Shown here piece by piece: positions 32,801-59,746 of a stretch of 64,000 bases of DNA (positions are counted from its first letter, which is position 1; every line of letters starts with the position of its first letter). The notes below the pieces were generated by a model. It searched no databases, was not told where the DNA came from, and saw nothing but the letters and a program-made list of their open reading frames with translations. The DNA lies in contig NC_132969.1 in the NCBI RefSeq assembly GCF_034638445.1, forward strand, positions 255,423 through 319,422, read 5' to 3'. The DNA comes from Ciconia boyciana. Lineage: Eukaryota. Made by a program: the position numbers and the translations under genes.

Positions 32801-33240
32801 GCCGGGTTACAAACGGGGGCGTTTATTGTCGCTTTTTATTGCTCCGAAATCAAAGCGAATGAGCCCAAAAATTGGGGGGGGAGGGGGGTTGGCAAGTGGG
32901 GGCGGGGCACTCTGGGGGCGTGGCCTTTCCTTGATGGGCGGGGGAAAGATGAGGCCCCCTACCTTGGTACTTAAAGGGGCAAGGCGGGGTGGGGTCCGCC
33001 TTAAAGGGGCCGTGTGTGTGTGTGTGTGAATGTCCCCCTTCCTAAGGGAAATAAATCAGTCTATAAATAAATTAATTGATTAGCACAGCTCGTAACGAAG
33101 CGGGGGGTGTTGTCTGCGGGGGGTATTTACAGAGGAGGGGGCTGGTGGGGGGAGGGCAGCCTTCCCCCCCCCAAAGGTTGGGGTCCTTCCCTCCCCCCCG
33201 CCCACCCTTTGTGGGGCGCTGGGGAGGGGGCGCGGGGCCT

Positions 33241-33270
33241 TCAGATGGAAACCTCGTACTCCCTGGTGTC
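33241..33270 (-). CDS. SEZ6L2: SEZ6L2 terminal coding exon (DTREYEVSI*)
   Basis: Minus strand: acceptor ccccctgcag, then DTREYEVSI and TGA (reverse complement of 33241-33243). The human SEZ6L2 C-terminus is ..NPLYEAGDTREYEVSI. Confidence 0.85.
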   Translation of the reverse strand, partial: DTREYEVSI

Positions 33271-33314
33271 CTGCAGGGGGAAAAGGGGGGGGGTAGGACC
33301 CCCCAAAAGGGTCA

Positions 33315-33850
<536 letters not shown>

Positions 33851-33962
33851 ATGCGCTGCTTCAAAGCGCGGTGGATATGGGGGGGCGCTACCCCTCGCGC
33901 ATGCGCAGCTTTAAGGCTGCCGTCCCGCCCCCCCCGCCCCGTACTCCGCGCTGATTGGCTCA

Positions 33963-34118
<156 letters not shown>

Positions 34119-34619
34119 TCAGGTTACCGGAGGGAGGGGGGTAGGAGGCCACGCCCACCGCTGCCCGTGGCGGGATTTGGCCACGGGAGCCATGGCCCCG
34201 CCCCCAAATCCCCCATGGCCCCGCCCCCCGCCCCTCCCATCGCCCCCGCCCCCCCCAAACCGCCCCAACCCCCTTTCCCCCCACGGGCCCCGAAACCCCC
34301 ATGTCCCCCCAAAATCCCCAGGAGCCCCCCAAGACCCCCCTGGGCCCCCAAAACACCCATGGGGCCCCCAACCCCTCATGGGCCCCCAAACCCCCATGGC
34401 CCCCCAAAACCCTCATGAGCCCCCCAAGACCCCCATGGGCCCCAAAACCCCTATGACCCCTCACCCCCCATGGACCCCAAGACCCCCATGACCCCTCCGA
34501 GACCCCCATGGGCCCCCAAGTCCCCCTGGGCCCCCCAACCCCTCAGGGCCCCAAAACCCCCCCCGTCCCCCCTCACCCTCCAGCCGTCGCTCATCCAGGT
34601 AGGCGGGGTCAGCCATTCC

Positions 34620-41760
<7,141 letters not shown>

Positions 41761-41761
41761 C

Positions 41762-41953
41762 GGACACACTTGGGGGGCCGGTCGCTCCATTTGGGGGGGC
41801 CGGCGTGGCGGGCGTGGCAGGTGAGGGCGGGGCTCCCCTCCAGCAGGAAGCCCTCCCGGCAGGAGTAGCGGACGCGGGTCCCCACCGGGAAGCGGGGGTC
41901 CCCCACGCTGCGCTGCCCGTTGCTCACCGCCCCGGGGTCCGGGCACCGCGGCA
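41762..41953 (-). CDS. SEZ6L2: SEZ6L2 sushi domain exon, 192 nt
   Basis: Minus strand: acceptor cccgccccccag, then (V)PRCPDPGAVSNGQRSVGDPRFPVGTRVRYSCREGFLLEGSPALTCHARHAGPPKWSDRPPKCV. Donor GTGAGT is the reverse complement of 41756-41761. Confidence 0.8.
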
Positions 41954-41959
41954 CTGGGG

Positions 41960-46700
<4,741 letters not shown>

Positions 46701-46707
46701 CCCATAC

Positions 46708-46927
46708 CCTCGTAGCGGATGAGGAAGGGCAGGCCGGCATTTGGGGGCCCGCGGGAGCCGCGGAGGTTTCGGGGTCCCCCCCCTGGGCCTGGAAGCGCAG
46801 GGTGACGGCGGCCCCCGAGCTGAGGAGGGTGAGGGGGGGCCGGGCCCCCCGAAACTGCCCCAGCACCCGCCCCGTCACCTCCTCCCCGTCGAAGAGCGTC
46901 AGGGTGTCGGCGGGGCGCAGGGCCAGG
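46708..46927 (-). CDS. SEZ6L2: SEZ6L2 CUB domain (C-terminal half) exon; an apparent 1-bp gap in a G8 run
   Basis: Minus strand: acceptor cccccgcccccag, then ..LALRPADTLTLFDGEEVTGRVLGQFRGARPPLTLLSSGAAVTLRFQAQGG. The frame then jumps to ..RNLRGSRGPPNAGLPFLIRYE(G), a typical CUB ending. Donor GTATGG. Confidence 0.7.
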
Positions 46928-46939
46928 CTGGGGGCGGGG

Positions 46940-48950
46940 GTCAGGGGGCACCCTGACAGCGGGGGCACCCTGATAGGGGGGGGACCCGATGGGGGGCCTG
47001 ATAGGGGGAGAACCCCAAAGGTGGAGGGGACCCCGATATTGGGGGGAACCCGATGGGGGGGAACCCCAAAGGTGGAGGGGACCCCGATATGGGGGGGAAC
47101 CCTGATAGTGGGGGACCCTGATAGTGGAGGGGGAACCTGATAGGGGAGAACCCCAAAGGTGGGGAGAACCCCAAAGGTGGAGGGGACCCTGATATGGGGG
47201 GCACTGATAGGGGGACCCGATGGGGGGCCTGATAGTGGGGGAGAACCCTGATATGGGGGGGAACCCGATAGTGGGGGGACCCTGATGGGGGGGCCTGATG
47301 GGGGGGCACCGATAGTGGGGGGACCCTGATAGTGGGGGGACCCCAAAGGTGGAGGGGACCCCGATATGGGGGGGCTCCTCGATAGTGGGGGACCCTGATA
47401 TTGGAGGGGCACCTCGATATTGGGGGAACCTGATGGGGGGGGCCCTGATAGTGGGGGAGAACCCCAAAGGTGGAGGGGACCCTGATATGGGGGCACCTCG
47501 ATAGTGGGGGACCCTGATATTGGGGGGGAACCTGATAGGGGAGAACCCCAAAGGTGGAGGGGACCCTGATAGTGTGGGGGAACCCGATAGTGGGGGGGAA
47601 TCCCAAGGGTGGGGGAGAACCCCAAAGGTGGAGGGGACCCTGATATGGGGGGGGCACCCTGATAGTGGGGGGACACCTCGATATTGGGGGGGGAACCTGA
47701 TGGGGGGACCTGATAGGGGGACCCCGATAGTGTGGGGGGAACCCGATAGTGGGGGGGGGGAACCCCAAGGGTGGGGAGACACCTCAAAGGTGGAGGGGAC
47801 CCCGATATGGGGGGGGCACCCTGATAGTGGGGGGACCCCGATAGTGGGGGACCCTGATGGGGGGGGAACCCGATAGTGGGGGGGGACCCCGATATGGGGG
47901 GGGGAACCCCAAGGGAGGGGGAGAACCCCCCAATATTGGGGGGGAACCCCAAAGATAGAGGGGACCCCGATATGGGGGGGGCACCCCGATATTTGGGGGG
48001 GACCCCGATATGGGGGGGGGGCACCCCGATAGTGGGGGGGCCCCCCAGGGGTGCGAATGGGACCCCAAAGATGGGGGGGACCCCCCAGGTTTTGTGGGGC
48101 CCCCCCCAGGATTTGGGGTCCCCACCTCTTTTGGGATCCCCCCCCCCGGTTTTGGGCCCCCCCAGGTTTCAGGGTCCCCCCTTTTGCCCCCCAGTTTCGG
48201 GCCCCCTTTTCCCTCCCCAATCCCCCCATTTCCCCCCCATTCCCGCCCCCCACTTTCGGGACCCCCAGTTTCGGGGACCCCCCACTTTCGCCCCCCATTT
48301 TCGGGGACCCCCCACCTTTCCCTCCCCAGCCCCCCTTTCGCCCCATTTCCCCCCATTTCCCCACCCCCATTTTCTGCCCCCCCACTTTCGCCGCCCCCCC
48401 ATTTCGGGCCCCCCACACTTTCAGGGCTCCCCCCTTCCCCCCCTTCCTCCCCATCCTTCCCCTTCCTCCCCTTCCCCTCCCCATTTCCCCCCACTTTCTC
48501 CCCCCTCCCCTTCCCCCTCCCCTTCCCCTCCCCTTTCTCCCCCCCTCCCCTTTCGCCCCCCCACTTTCAGGGCTCCCCCTTTCCCCCCCTTTCCCCCCAT
48601 CCTTCTCCCCCTTCCCCCCATTCCCTCCCCATTTCCCCCCTTTCTCACCCCTCCCCTTTCCCCCTCCCTTTCTTCGCCCTCCCCCTTTCGCCCCCCTTCG
48701 GGCCCCCTCCACTTTCGGGGCTCCCCTCTCCCCTCCCCATCCTTCCCCCCTTCCCCCATTCCTCCCCATTTCCCCCCTTCCCCGCTTCCCCTCCCCATTT
48801 TCCCCCACTTTCGCCCTCTCTCCCCCTCCCCTTCCCCTCCCCTTCCTCCCCATTTCCCCCCTCCTTTCCCCCTCCTCCTTCCCTCCCTCTTCTCCCCCTC
48901 CCCCCTTTCGCCCCCTCCCTCCCCTCCCCTCCCTTTCTCCCCCCTCCTCT
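46940..48950. repeat. Minisatellites (ccctgatagtgggggga-type, then C-rich cccctcccc/ttcccc arrays) in a SEZ6L2 intron
   Basis: Read directly. Confidence 0.75.
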
Positions 48951-48974
48951 CCTCCCTCTTCCCCCTTCCCCCAC

Positions 48975-49102
48975 CTGAGCAGCCGCAGCCGCAGCCGCCG
49001 CTCCTCGCCCAGCCGGATGCTCCACTCGCAGACCTGGCCCGGGGGGCGCGGGGGGCCGGGGGCAGCACCCCGGGGGCTTCGCCCAGCTCCCCCCGCACAG
49101 CG
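48975..49102 (-). CDS. SEZ6L2: SEZ6L2 CUB domain (N-terminal half) exon, 128 nt
   Basis: Minus strand: ..QVCEWSIRLGEERRLRLRLL(R) carries the CUB C-x-W-x-I signature. Donor AG|GTGGGG is the reverse complement of 48973-48974. The acceptor at ~49103-49105 is tentative. This exon is the same length as the CUB-1a exon. Confidence 0.6.
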
Positions 49103-49950
49103 CTGGGGGGCGGGGGGAGTCAGTGGGGGGGAAGGGTGCCCAAGTTTGGGGCGGGGGCCTGGGGGGGGTCAGTGGGGGGAAGGGTGCCCAAGTTTGGGGG
49201 GTTCCCAAGTTGGGGGGTCCTGGGGGTCCCTGGGGACTGGGGGGTCAGTGGGGGGAGGGTCCCCAAGTTTGGGGGGTTCCCAGGTTGGGGGGTCCCAGGG
49301 GGTCCCTGGGGACGGGGGGCTCAGTGGGGGGGGAAGGGTTCCCAAGTTTGGGGGGGTCCCCAATTTGGGGGGGGTCCCGGGGCATCCCTGGGGGTGGGGG
49401 GTTCGGGGGGTCACCCGGGGGAGGAGCAGGATGGGGGGGGTCCCTAAGTGAGGGGGGGTCCTGGGGGTTGGGGGTCCCCAGGTTGGGGGCTCCCGGGGGG
49501 TCTGGGGGTCACCCGGGGGGAGGAGGGTGGGGGTCCCTAAGTGGGGGAGGGGTCCCTGGGGTGTTTGGGGGTCCCCAGCATGCAGGGGGGTCCCAAGGTT
49601 CCCGGGGGTCCCCAGCACGCGGGGGGTCCCAAGTTATGGGGGGGTCCCAAGGTTCCTGGGGGGGCCCAAGGTTTATTGGGGGTCCCCAGCATGCGGGGGG
49701 TCCCAAGGTTCCCGGGGTCCCCAGGGTGCAGGGGGTCCCCAAGGTTTATTGGGGGGTCCCAAGGTTCCCGGGGGGTCCCCAAGGTTTAGGGGGGGGTCCC
49801 AAGTTATGGGGGGGTCCCAAGGTTCCCGGGGGGGCCCAAGCTTTATGGGGCCGGTCCCAAGTTATGGGGGGGGCCCAAGGTTTATTGGGGGGGTCCCCAG
49901 CATGCGCGGGGGGTCCCCAAGGTTTATGGGGGCTCCCTGGGGTGCCCCCC
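49100..49950. repeat. Minisatellite (~40 bp: ggggtcccaaggttcccgggggtccccagcatgc..) in a SEZ6L2 intron
   Basis: Read directly. Confidence 0.75.
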
Positions 49951-49956
49951 CCGTAC

Positions 49957-50151
49957 CTCTGCAGACGGGCTGGGTGTCGTTCCAGCGGGGGGGGGGGGGC
50001 CCCAGGCAGCGCAGGGCGGGGGGGCCCCCCCCCAGCCCGTACCCCGGGCGGCAGGAGAAGGTGACGAGGGCGCCCGGGCCCAGGCGGGGGTCGGAGCTGC
50101 GGAACCCCCCGTGGGGCAGCCAGGGCGAAGGGGCAGCCCCCGCCGGGAAGG
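49957..50151 (-). CDS. SEZ6L2: SEZ6L2 sushi domain exon
   Basis: Minus strand: acceptor ctcccccag, then ..GFRSSDPRLGPGALVTFSCRPGYGLGGGPPALRCLGPPPPRWNDTQPVCR, the C-terminal three Cys and Trp of a sushi domain. Donor GTACGG. The N-terminal Cys appears only in another frame (CPF..), which suggests an indel. Confidence 0.65.
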
Positions 50152-50159
50152 CTGGGGGA

Positions 50160-52140
50160 GGGAAAGGGGGGAGGAAATGGGGAGGGAAATGGGGGGAGGG
50201 GAGGGAAATGGGGGGAGGGGGTAGGGGGAAGGGGAAGGGGAAATGGGGGAGGGGGAGGGGGAAGGAAATGGGGGAGGGGAAAAGGGGGAGGGGAAATGGG
50301 GGGAAGGGAAATGGGGGAGGGGAAATGGGGGAGGGGGGAGGGGAAAAGGGGGGAGGAAATGGGGAGGGGGAAATGGGGGAGGGGGGAAGGAAATGGGGGA
50401 GGGGAAATGGGGGAGGGGGAAATGGGGGAGGGGGAAATGGGGGGAGGGGGGAAGGGGAAATGGGGGAGGGGAAATGGGGGGAGGGGGGAGGGGAAATGGG
50501 GGAGGGGGGAGGGGAAGGGAAATGGGGGAGGGAAAGGGGGAGGGAAAGGGAGGGAAGGAAATGGGGGGGAATGGGGGGGAAGGGAAATGGGGGAAGGGGG
50601 AAGGGGAAATGGGGGATGGGGGAGGGGAAGGGAAAATGGGGGAGGGGGGAAGGGGGAGAAGGGGGCAAATTGGGGAGGGAAAGAGGGGGAAAGGAGGGGG
50701 AAGGGGGGAAATTGGGGGGAAAGGGGGATTGGGGGAGAAAAGCCATGGGGGGAAAAAGCAAGTTTTTGGGGAAAGGGATGATTTGGGGTCATAAAGGCAG
50801 GTTTGGGGAAAAATTGGAAATTTTGTGAAGAATTGGGTGATTTTGGTGAAAAAAAGGATGATTTGGGGGAAAATGGAGTGATTTGGGTGAAAAGAGGGAT
50901 GATTTGGGCGAAAAGAGGGATGATTTGGGGAAAAATGGGGTGATTTTGGGAAAAAAGATGATTTTGGGAAAAAAGGGGTGATTTGGGGAAAAATGGGGTG
51001 ATTTGGGGAAAATGGGTAATTTTGTGGAAAATGGGGTGGTTTTGGTGAAAAAAGGATGATTTGGGGAAAAATGGGGTCATTTGAGGGGAAAAGGGGGTTT
51101 GGGGAAAAATGGGGTGATTTGGGTGAAAAGAGGGATGATTTGGGGAAAATGGGGTGATTTCAGTGAAAAAAGGGGTGATTCTGGGAAAAATGGGGTGATT
51201 TGGGTGAAAAGAGGTGATTTGGGGGAAAATGGGGTGATTTGGGGAAAAATGGGGTGATTTGGGTGAAAAGAGGGATGATTTGGGGAAAATGGGTGATTTT
51301 GGTGAAGAAATGGGTGATTGGGGGGAAAATGGGGTGATTTGGGTGAAAAAGAGGTGATTTTGGGTGAAAAATGGGGTGATTTGGGAGAAAAGAGGGATGA
51401 TTTGGGGAAAATGGGGTGATTTGGGTGAAAATGGGGTAATTTCAGTGAAAAATGGGTGATTTTGGGAAAAATGGGGTGATTTGGGTGAAAAGAGGTGATT
51501 TGGGGGAAAATGGGGGTGATTTGGGGAAAAATGGGGTGATTTGGGTGAAAAGAGGGATGATTTGGAGAAAAATGGGTGATTTTGGTGAATAAATGGGTGA
51601 TTTGGTGAAAAATGGGGTGATTTGGGTGAAAAAGAGGTGATTTTGGGAAAAATGGGGTGATTTGGGTGAAAAAGAGGGATGATTTTGGGGGAAAATGGGG
51701 TGATTTCAGTGAAAAAATGGGTGATTTGGGGGAAAATGGGGTGATTTGGGTGAAAAGAGGTGATTTGGGGGAAAAATGGGGTGATTTGGTGAAAATGGGG
51801 TGATTTGGGTGAAAAGAGGGATGATTTGGGGGAAAATGGGGTGATTTGGGTGAAAATGGAGTAATTTCAGTGAAAAAATGGGTGATTTTGGGAAAAATGG
51901 GGTGATTTGGGTGAAAAGAGGGATGATTTTGGGGAAAATGGGGTGATTTCAGTGAAAAATGGGTGATTTGGGGAAAATGGGGTGATTTGGGTGAAAAGAG
52001 GTGATTTGGGGGAAAAATGGGGGTGATTTGGGGAAAATGGGGTGATTTGGGTGAAAAGAGGGATGATTTGGGGGAAAATGGGTGATTTTGGTGAAGAAAT
52101 GGGTGATTGGGGGGAAAATGGGGTGATGTGGGGGGCAAAA
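50160..52140. repeat. Minisatellites (ggggagggaaatggg-type, then ~25-30 bp ggggaaaatggggtgatttgggtgaaaagag) in a SEZ6L2 intron
   Basis: Read directly. Confidence 0.8.
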
Positions 52141-52184
52141 GGGGGTGGTTTGGGGCTCCCGGGGGGGGGCTCGGGGGGGCTCAC

Positions 52185-52404
52185 CCTGGTAGCGCAGCCC
52201 CAGGAGGGGGGGTCCCTGGCGCGGCCCCTCGGAGAGCAGCTCCAGCAGGAGGGTGCGGGCCGGGCTCAGGACCCCCCCCCGCGGGACGTCGTCCAGGTCC
52301 GAGTCGAAGAGGAGCGGGGCGCGGGGCTCGGGGCCCCCCCGGATGGAGAGGGTGCGGGGGGGCACAAGGGGGTGACCCCCCAAAGCCCCAACCCCCCCCT
52401 CCCT
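52185..52404 (-). CDS. SEZ6L2: SEZ6L2 CUB domain (C-terminal half) exon, 220 nt
   Basis: Minus strand: ..PRTLSIRGGPEPRAPLLFDSDLDDVPRGGVLSPARTLLLELLSEGPRQGPPLLGLRYQ(G). Donor GTGAGC is the reverse complement of 52179-52184. The acceptor at gtgcag (~52405-52407) is tentative. This exon is the same length as the CUB-3b exon. Confidence 0.6.
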
Positions 52405-53270
52405 CTGCACCCCCTCCCCGCTCCGTGGCGCCCCCCACCCTGCCCCCAATGCCCCCCTGCCCCCCATGGACCCCCCTGCCCCCCATGCCCCCCACCCCCC
52501 AAATCCCACCCCATGCCCCCCTTTCCCCCACCCCTTTCCCCCATGGACCCCCCCCCATGCCCCCCCCACCCCCCCAAATCCCCCCTTTCCCCCCACCCCT
52601 GCCCCCCAATGCCCCCCACCCCCATGCCCCCCTTGTCCCCCACCCCTGCCCCCATGGACCCCCCCCCCCATGCCCCCCCCACGCCCCAAATCCCCCCTTT
52701 GCCCCCACCCCGCCCCCATGGACTCCCCCGCCCCCCATGCCCCCCACGCCCCAAATCCCCCTTTGCCCCCACCCCTGCCCCCCATGCCCCCCACCCCCCT
52801 TTCCCCCACCCCTGCCCCCCAGTGCCCCCCACCCCCAAATCCCACCCCCATGCCCCCTTGCCCCCCACCCCGCCCCCATGGACCCCCCGCCACCTCATGC
52901 CCCCCCACCCCCAAATCCCCCCTTTGCCCCCACCCCTGCCCCCCAATGCCCCCACCCCCATGCCCCCCTTGTCCCCCACCCCCGCCCCCATGGACCCTCC
53001 CCTGCCCCCATGCCCCCCACCCCCTTTCCCCACCCCTGCCCCCCAATGCCCCCACCCCCAAACCCCCTTGTCCCCCACCCCCGCCCCCATGGACCCCCAT
53101 GCCCCCCCACGCCCCAAATCCCCCTTTGCCCCCACCCCTGCCCCCCATGCCCCCCACCCCCTTTTCCCCCCACCCCTGCCCCCCAGTGCCCCCCACCCCC
53201 AAATCCCACCCCCATGCCCCCTTGTCCCCCACCCTCGCCCCCAATGGACCCCCTGCCCCCCATGGACCCC
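52400..53270. repeat. C-rich minisatellite (~40 bp: ccccatgccccccacccccaaatcccc..) in a SEZ6L2 intron
   Basis: Read directly. Confidence 0.8.
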
Positions 53271-53278
53271 CCCGTTAC

Positions 53279-53445
53279 CGGTCGGCGTCCTCGTCCAGCG
53301 CCAGCCGCTCGAAGGCCAAGTGCAGGCGGTGCCCGGGCGGGGCCTCCAGCAGCCACCGGCAGCTCCGGTTGGCCCCCGGCCCCCGGCCCCCTCGGGGTCT
53401 CCAGCCGCCCCCGCGTCGCGTTGGGCACCGCACCCCCGCACCCCG
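53279..53445 (-). CDS. SEZ6L2: SEZ6L2 CUB domain (N-terminal half) exon
   Basis: Minus strand: ..SCRWLLEAPPGHRLHLAFERLALDEDAD(R). Donor GTAACG is the reverse complement of 53273-53278. The expected upstream CGG.. start appears in another frame (CGGAVPNATRGRLE..). The acceptor at ~53446-53448 is tentative. Confidence 0.6.
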
Positions 53446-53599
53446 CTGCCGGACCGCGTCAGCCACGCCCCCCGGGCAGCGGGACACGCCCCCCGGGAGG
53501 ACACGCCCCCGGGAGGACACGCCCCTCCTCGAGGACCCTCCCCAAACAACACTTCCCCCCCGCCCCCTCCCGGACCCCCCAGTAGACATGCAGGCGCTA

Positions 53600-54200
53600 A
53601 GGAAGCCACGCCCCCTCTGAAAAGCCACGCCCCCTCTTAAAAGCCACGCCCCTCTTAAAAGCCACGCCCCACTCTGAAAAGCCACGCCCCCTCTGAAAAC
53701 CACGCCCCTTAAAAGCCACGCCCCTCTGAAAAAGCCACGCCCCCTCTTAAAAGCCACGCCCCTCTGAAAAGCCACGCCCCTCTGAAAAGCCACGCCCCTC
53801 TTAAAAGCCACGCCCCTCTGAAAAGCCACGCCCCTCTGAAAAGCCACGCCCCTCTTAAAAGCCACGCCCCCTCTGAAAAGCCACGCCCCATCTGAAAAGC
53901 CACGCCCCTTAAAAGCCACGCCCTCTGAAAAGCCACGCCCCTCTTAAAAGCCACGCCCTCTTAAAAGCCACGCCCCCTCTGAAAAGCCACGCCCCTCTTA
54001 AAAGCCACGCCCTCTGAAAAGCCACGCCCCTCTTAAAAGCCACGCCCCTTAAAAGCCACGCCCACTCTGAAAAGCCACGCCCCCTCTGAAAAGCCACGCC
54101 CCTTAAAAGCCACGCCCCACTCTGAAAAGCCACGCCCCTCTTAAAAGCCACGCCCTCTTAAAAGCCACGCCCCCTCTGAAAAGCCATGTCCCCTCTGAAA
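53600..54200. repeat. ~17-bp tandem array AAAAGCCACGCCCCTCTG(A), ~35 copies, each carrying a KLF/Sp CACCC/GC-box consensus (CCACGCCC)
   Basis: Read directly; lies inside a SEZ6L2 intron. Confidence 0.85.
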
Positions 54201-54229
54201 GCCACGCCCCTCCGGATGGCCACGCCCCT

Positions 54230-57240
<3,011 letters not shown>

Positions 57241-57260
57241 AAAGCCGCGGGGGCACTGAC

Positions 57261-57449
57261 CCTGGTAGCGCAGGCGGAAGGCGCCGGGGGCTGCGGGCCG
57301 GGGGCTACGGAAGCGGAGGAGGAGGCGGCCGGCGGGGCTGCGCAGGAGCTGGCCCGGGGCCAGGGGGAGCCCTCGGCCCCGGGGGGGCCCCCGGCCCCCC
57401 CAGCCCGAACCGTCAGCAGCTCCCCCGGGGCCAGGCTGAGCTGCGTCAC
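57261..57449 (-). CDS. SEZ6L2: SEZ6L2 CUB domain 1 (C-terminal half) exon; an apparent 1-bp gap
   Basis: Minus strand: acceptor cccccccgcag, then VTQLSLAPGELLTVRAGGAGGPPGAEGSP. The frame then jumps to ..LAPGQLLRSPAGRLLLRFRSPRPAAPGAFRLRYQ(G). Donor GTCAGT. Confidence 0.7.
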
Positions 57450-57469
57450 CTGCGGGGGGGACACGGACA

Positions 57470-59560
57470 AGGACACGGTCACCCCCCCCCTCCCCCCGAC
57501 CGCGGTGGGACCCCCAAAACTGACCCCGGGCCCCCCCACGGTCAACGTGGGACCCCAAATCCCCCTCTGGGACCCCAAACCCAGCCTGGGACCCCAAAAC
57601 TGACCCCGGCCCCCCGCGGTCAACGCGGGACCCCAAATCCCCCTCTGGGACCCCAAATCCTCCTCTGGGACCCCAAAACTGACCCCGGGCCCCACGGTCA
57701 CACCTGGGACCCCAAACCCCCTCTGGGACCCCAAACCCAGCCTGGGAGACCCCAACCCCCCGGAACCCCCAAAATCCCCTCTGGGACCCCTAAAAGTGCC
57801 CCTGGCCCCCACGGTCACACCTGGGACCCCAAAACCCATCTGGGACCCTCAAATCCCCTCTGGGACCCCCAAAACCCAGCCTGGGAGACCCCAACCTCTC
57901 CCCGGGATGCCCCAAACCCCTCTGGGACCCCAAAAATCCCCCTCTGGGACCCCAAACCCACCCTGGGACCCCCAAACTCTGCTCTCTGTCCCCATATGCC
58001 ACCCTGGGACCCCCAAAACTGCTCCTGGCCCCTCATAGTCACCCCTGGGATCCCCCAAATCCCCTCTGGAACCCCCAAAACCCAGCCTGGGACCCCAAAA
58101 CTGACCCCGGGCCCCCATGGTCACCCCGGGATCCCCAAATCCCCCTCTGGGAGCCCAAAACCCATCTGGGACCCCCAAACCCACCCTGGGACCCCAAAAT
58201 CCCCCTCTGGGACCCCAAACCCACCCTGGGACCCCCAAAATCCCCCTCTGGGACCCCCAAACCCACCCTGGGACCCCAAAATCCCCTCTGGGACCCCCAA
58301 ATCCTCTCTGGGACCCCAAACCCACCCTGGGACCCCCAAATCCCCTCTGGGACCCCAAACCCACCCTGGGACCCCCAAATCCTCTCTGGGACCGCCAAAC
58401 CCCTCTGGGACCCCAAATCCCCTCTGGGACCCCCAAATCCTCTCTGGGACCCCAAAACTGCCCCTGGCCCCTCATAGTCACCCCGGGACCCCCAACCCCC
58501 TCTGGGACCCCTGGGACCCCCCAAAAGCGGGCCTCACCTGCAGCTCCAGGCCGAAGCCGGGGTCTGCGCGGATGCTGTAGGTGCAGTCCAGCCCCCGGCC
58601 CCCCGGGTCCCCCCCGGGAGCCTCCAGCCACCCCTCGGGGCCCCCCAGGGAGGCGTTGCAGGGGGCTGCGGGGGAGCGGGGTCACCCCGGGACCCCCCGA
58701 GACCTCCCGGTACAGCCCCGGGGGCCTGGGGAGCCCCAAATCCCCCGAGACCCCCAGTGACCCCCATAGACCCCTGTGACCCCATATCCCCCCAGTGACC
58801 CCCGGGGACCCCAAACCCCCGTAGCCCCCCACTGACCCCCATATCCCCCGGGGACCCCCATATCCCCCCTGGGACCCCCAAATCCCCCCATAGCCCCCCA
58901 CTGACCCCCATATCCCCCCGGGGACCCCTCTATCCCCCCCAGTGACCCCCAAATCCCCCCTGGGACCCCAAATCCCCCATAGCCTCCCCAGTGACCCCCA
59001 AATCCCCCGGGACCCCCAAACCCCCATATCCCCCCGGGAACCCCAAATCCCCCCATAGCCCCCCAGTGACCCCCATATCCCCCCGGGACCCCAAATCCCC
59101 TCCGGGGCCCCCAACCACCCCCATAGTCCCCCACTGACCCCCATATCCCCCGGGGACCCTCTATCCCCCAGTGACCCCCAAATCCCCCTGGGACCCCAAA
59201 TCCCCCATAGCCTCCCCAGTGACCCCAAATCCCCCCGGGACCCCAAACCCCCCATATCCCCCAGGAACCCCAAATCCCCCATAGCCCCCCAGTGACCCCC
59301 ATATCCCCCCGGGACCCCAAATCCCCTCCGGGGCCCCCAAATCCCCCCCATATCCTCCCCAGTGACCCCCATATCCCCCCGGGACCCCAAATCCCTCCGG
59401 GGCCCCCAACCCCCCCATAGCCCCCCAGTGACCCCCATATCCCCCCGGGACCCCAAATCCCCTCCGGGGCCCCCAACCCCCCATAGCCCCCCAGTGACCC
59501 CCATATCCCCCGGGACCCCAAACCCCCCATACGCCCCCGGGGACCCCCGAGCCCCCCTCC
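57470..59560. repeat. Minisatellites (tgggaccccaaacccccctc ~30 bp; ccccccgggaccccaaatccccatagcccccagtgacccccatatc ~60 bp), interrupted by the SEZ6L2 exon at 58538-58665
   Basis: Read directly. Confidence 0.8.
58538..58665 (-). CDS. SEZ6L2: SEZ6L2 CUB domain 1 (N-terminal half) exon, 128 nt
   Basis: Minus strand: acceptor ctcccccgcag, then (x)PCNASLGGPEGWLEAPGGDPGGRGLDCTYSIRADPGFGLELQ matching human [45 protein letters not shown]. Donor GTGAGG. Confidence 0.85.
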
Positions 59561-59585
59561 CAGTCCCTCCCAGTTCCCCCCTCAC

Positions 59586-59746
59586 CGCTGCTGCTGGTGC
59601 TGTTGGTCTCCTCCTCCCCCCCCTCAAGGATTTGGGGGCCGGGGGGTCGCCGAGACCCCACCCCCCCAGCGGGGGTGGGGGAGGAGGGGGTGGGGGGCCC
59701 TGTCAGGGAGCCCCGGCCTCCGCGGGGGGCTCGACCGTGGGGGTCC
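59586..59746 (-). CDS. SEZ6L2: SEZ6L2 coding exon (Pro/Thr-rich N-terminal region)
   Basis: Minus strand: acceptor tctccccctcccccaacag, then ..SLTGPPTPSSPTPAGGVGSRRPPGPQILEGGEEETNSTSSS matching human ..[21 protein letters not shown]. Donor G|GTGAGG. Confidence 0.75.
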
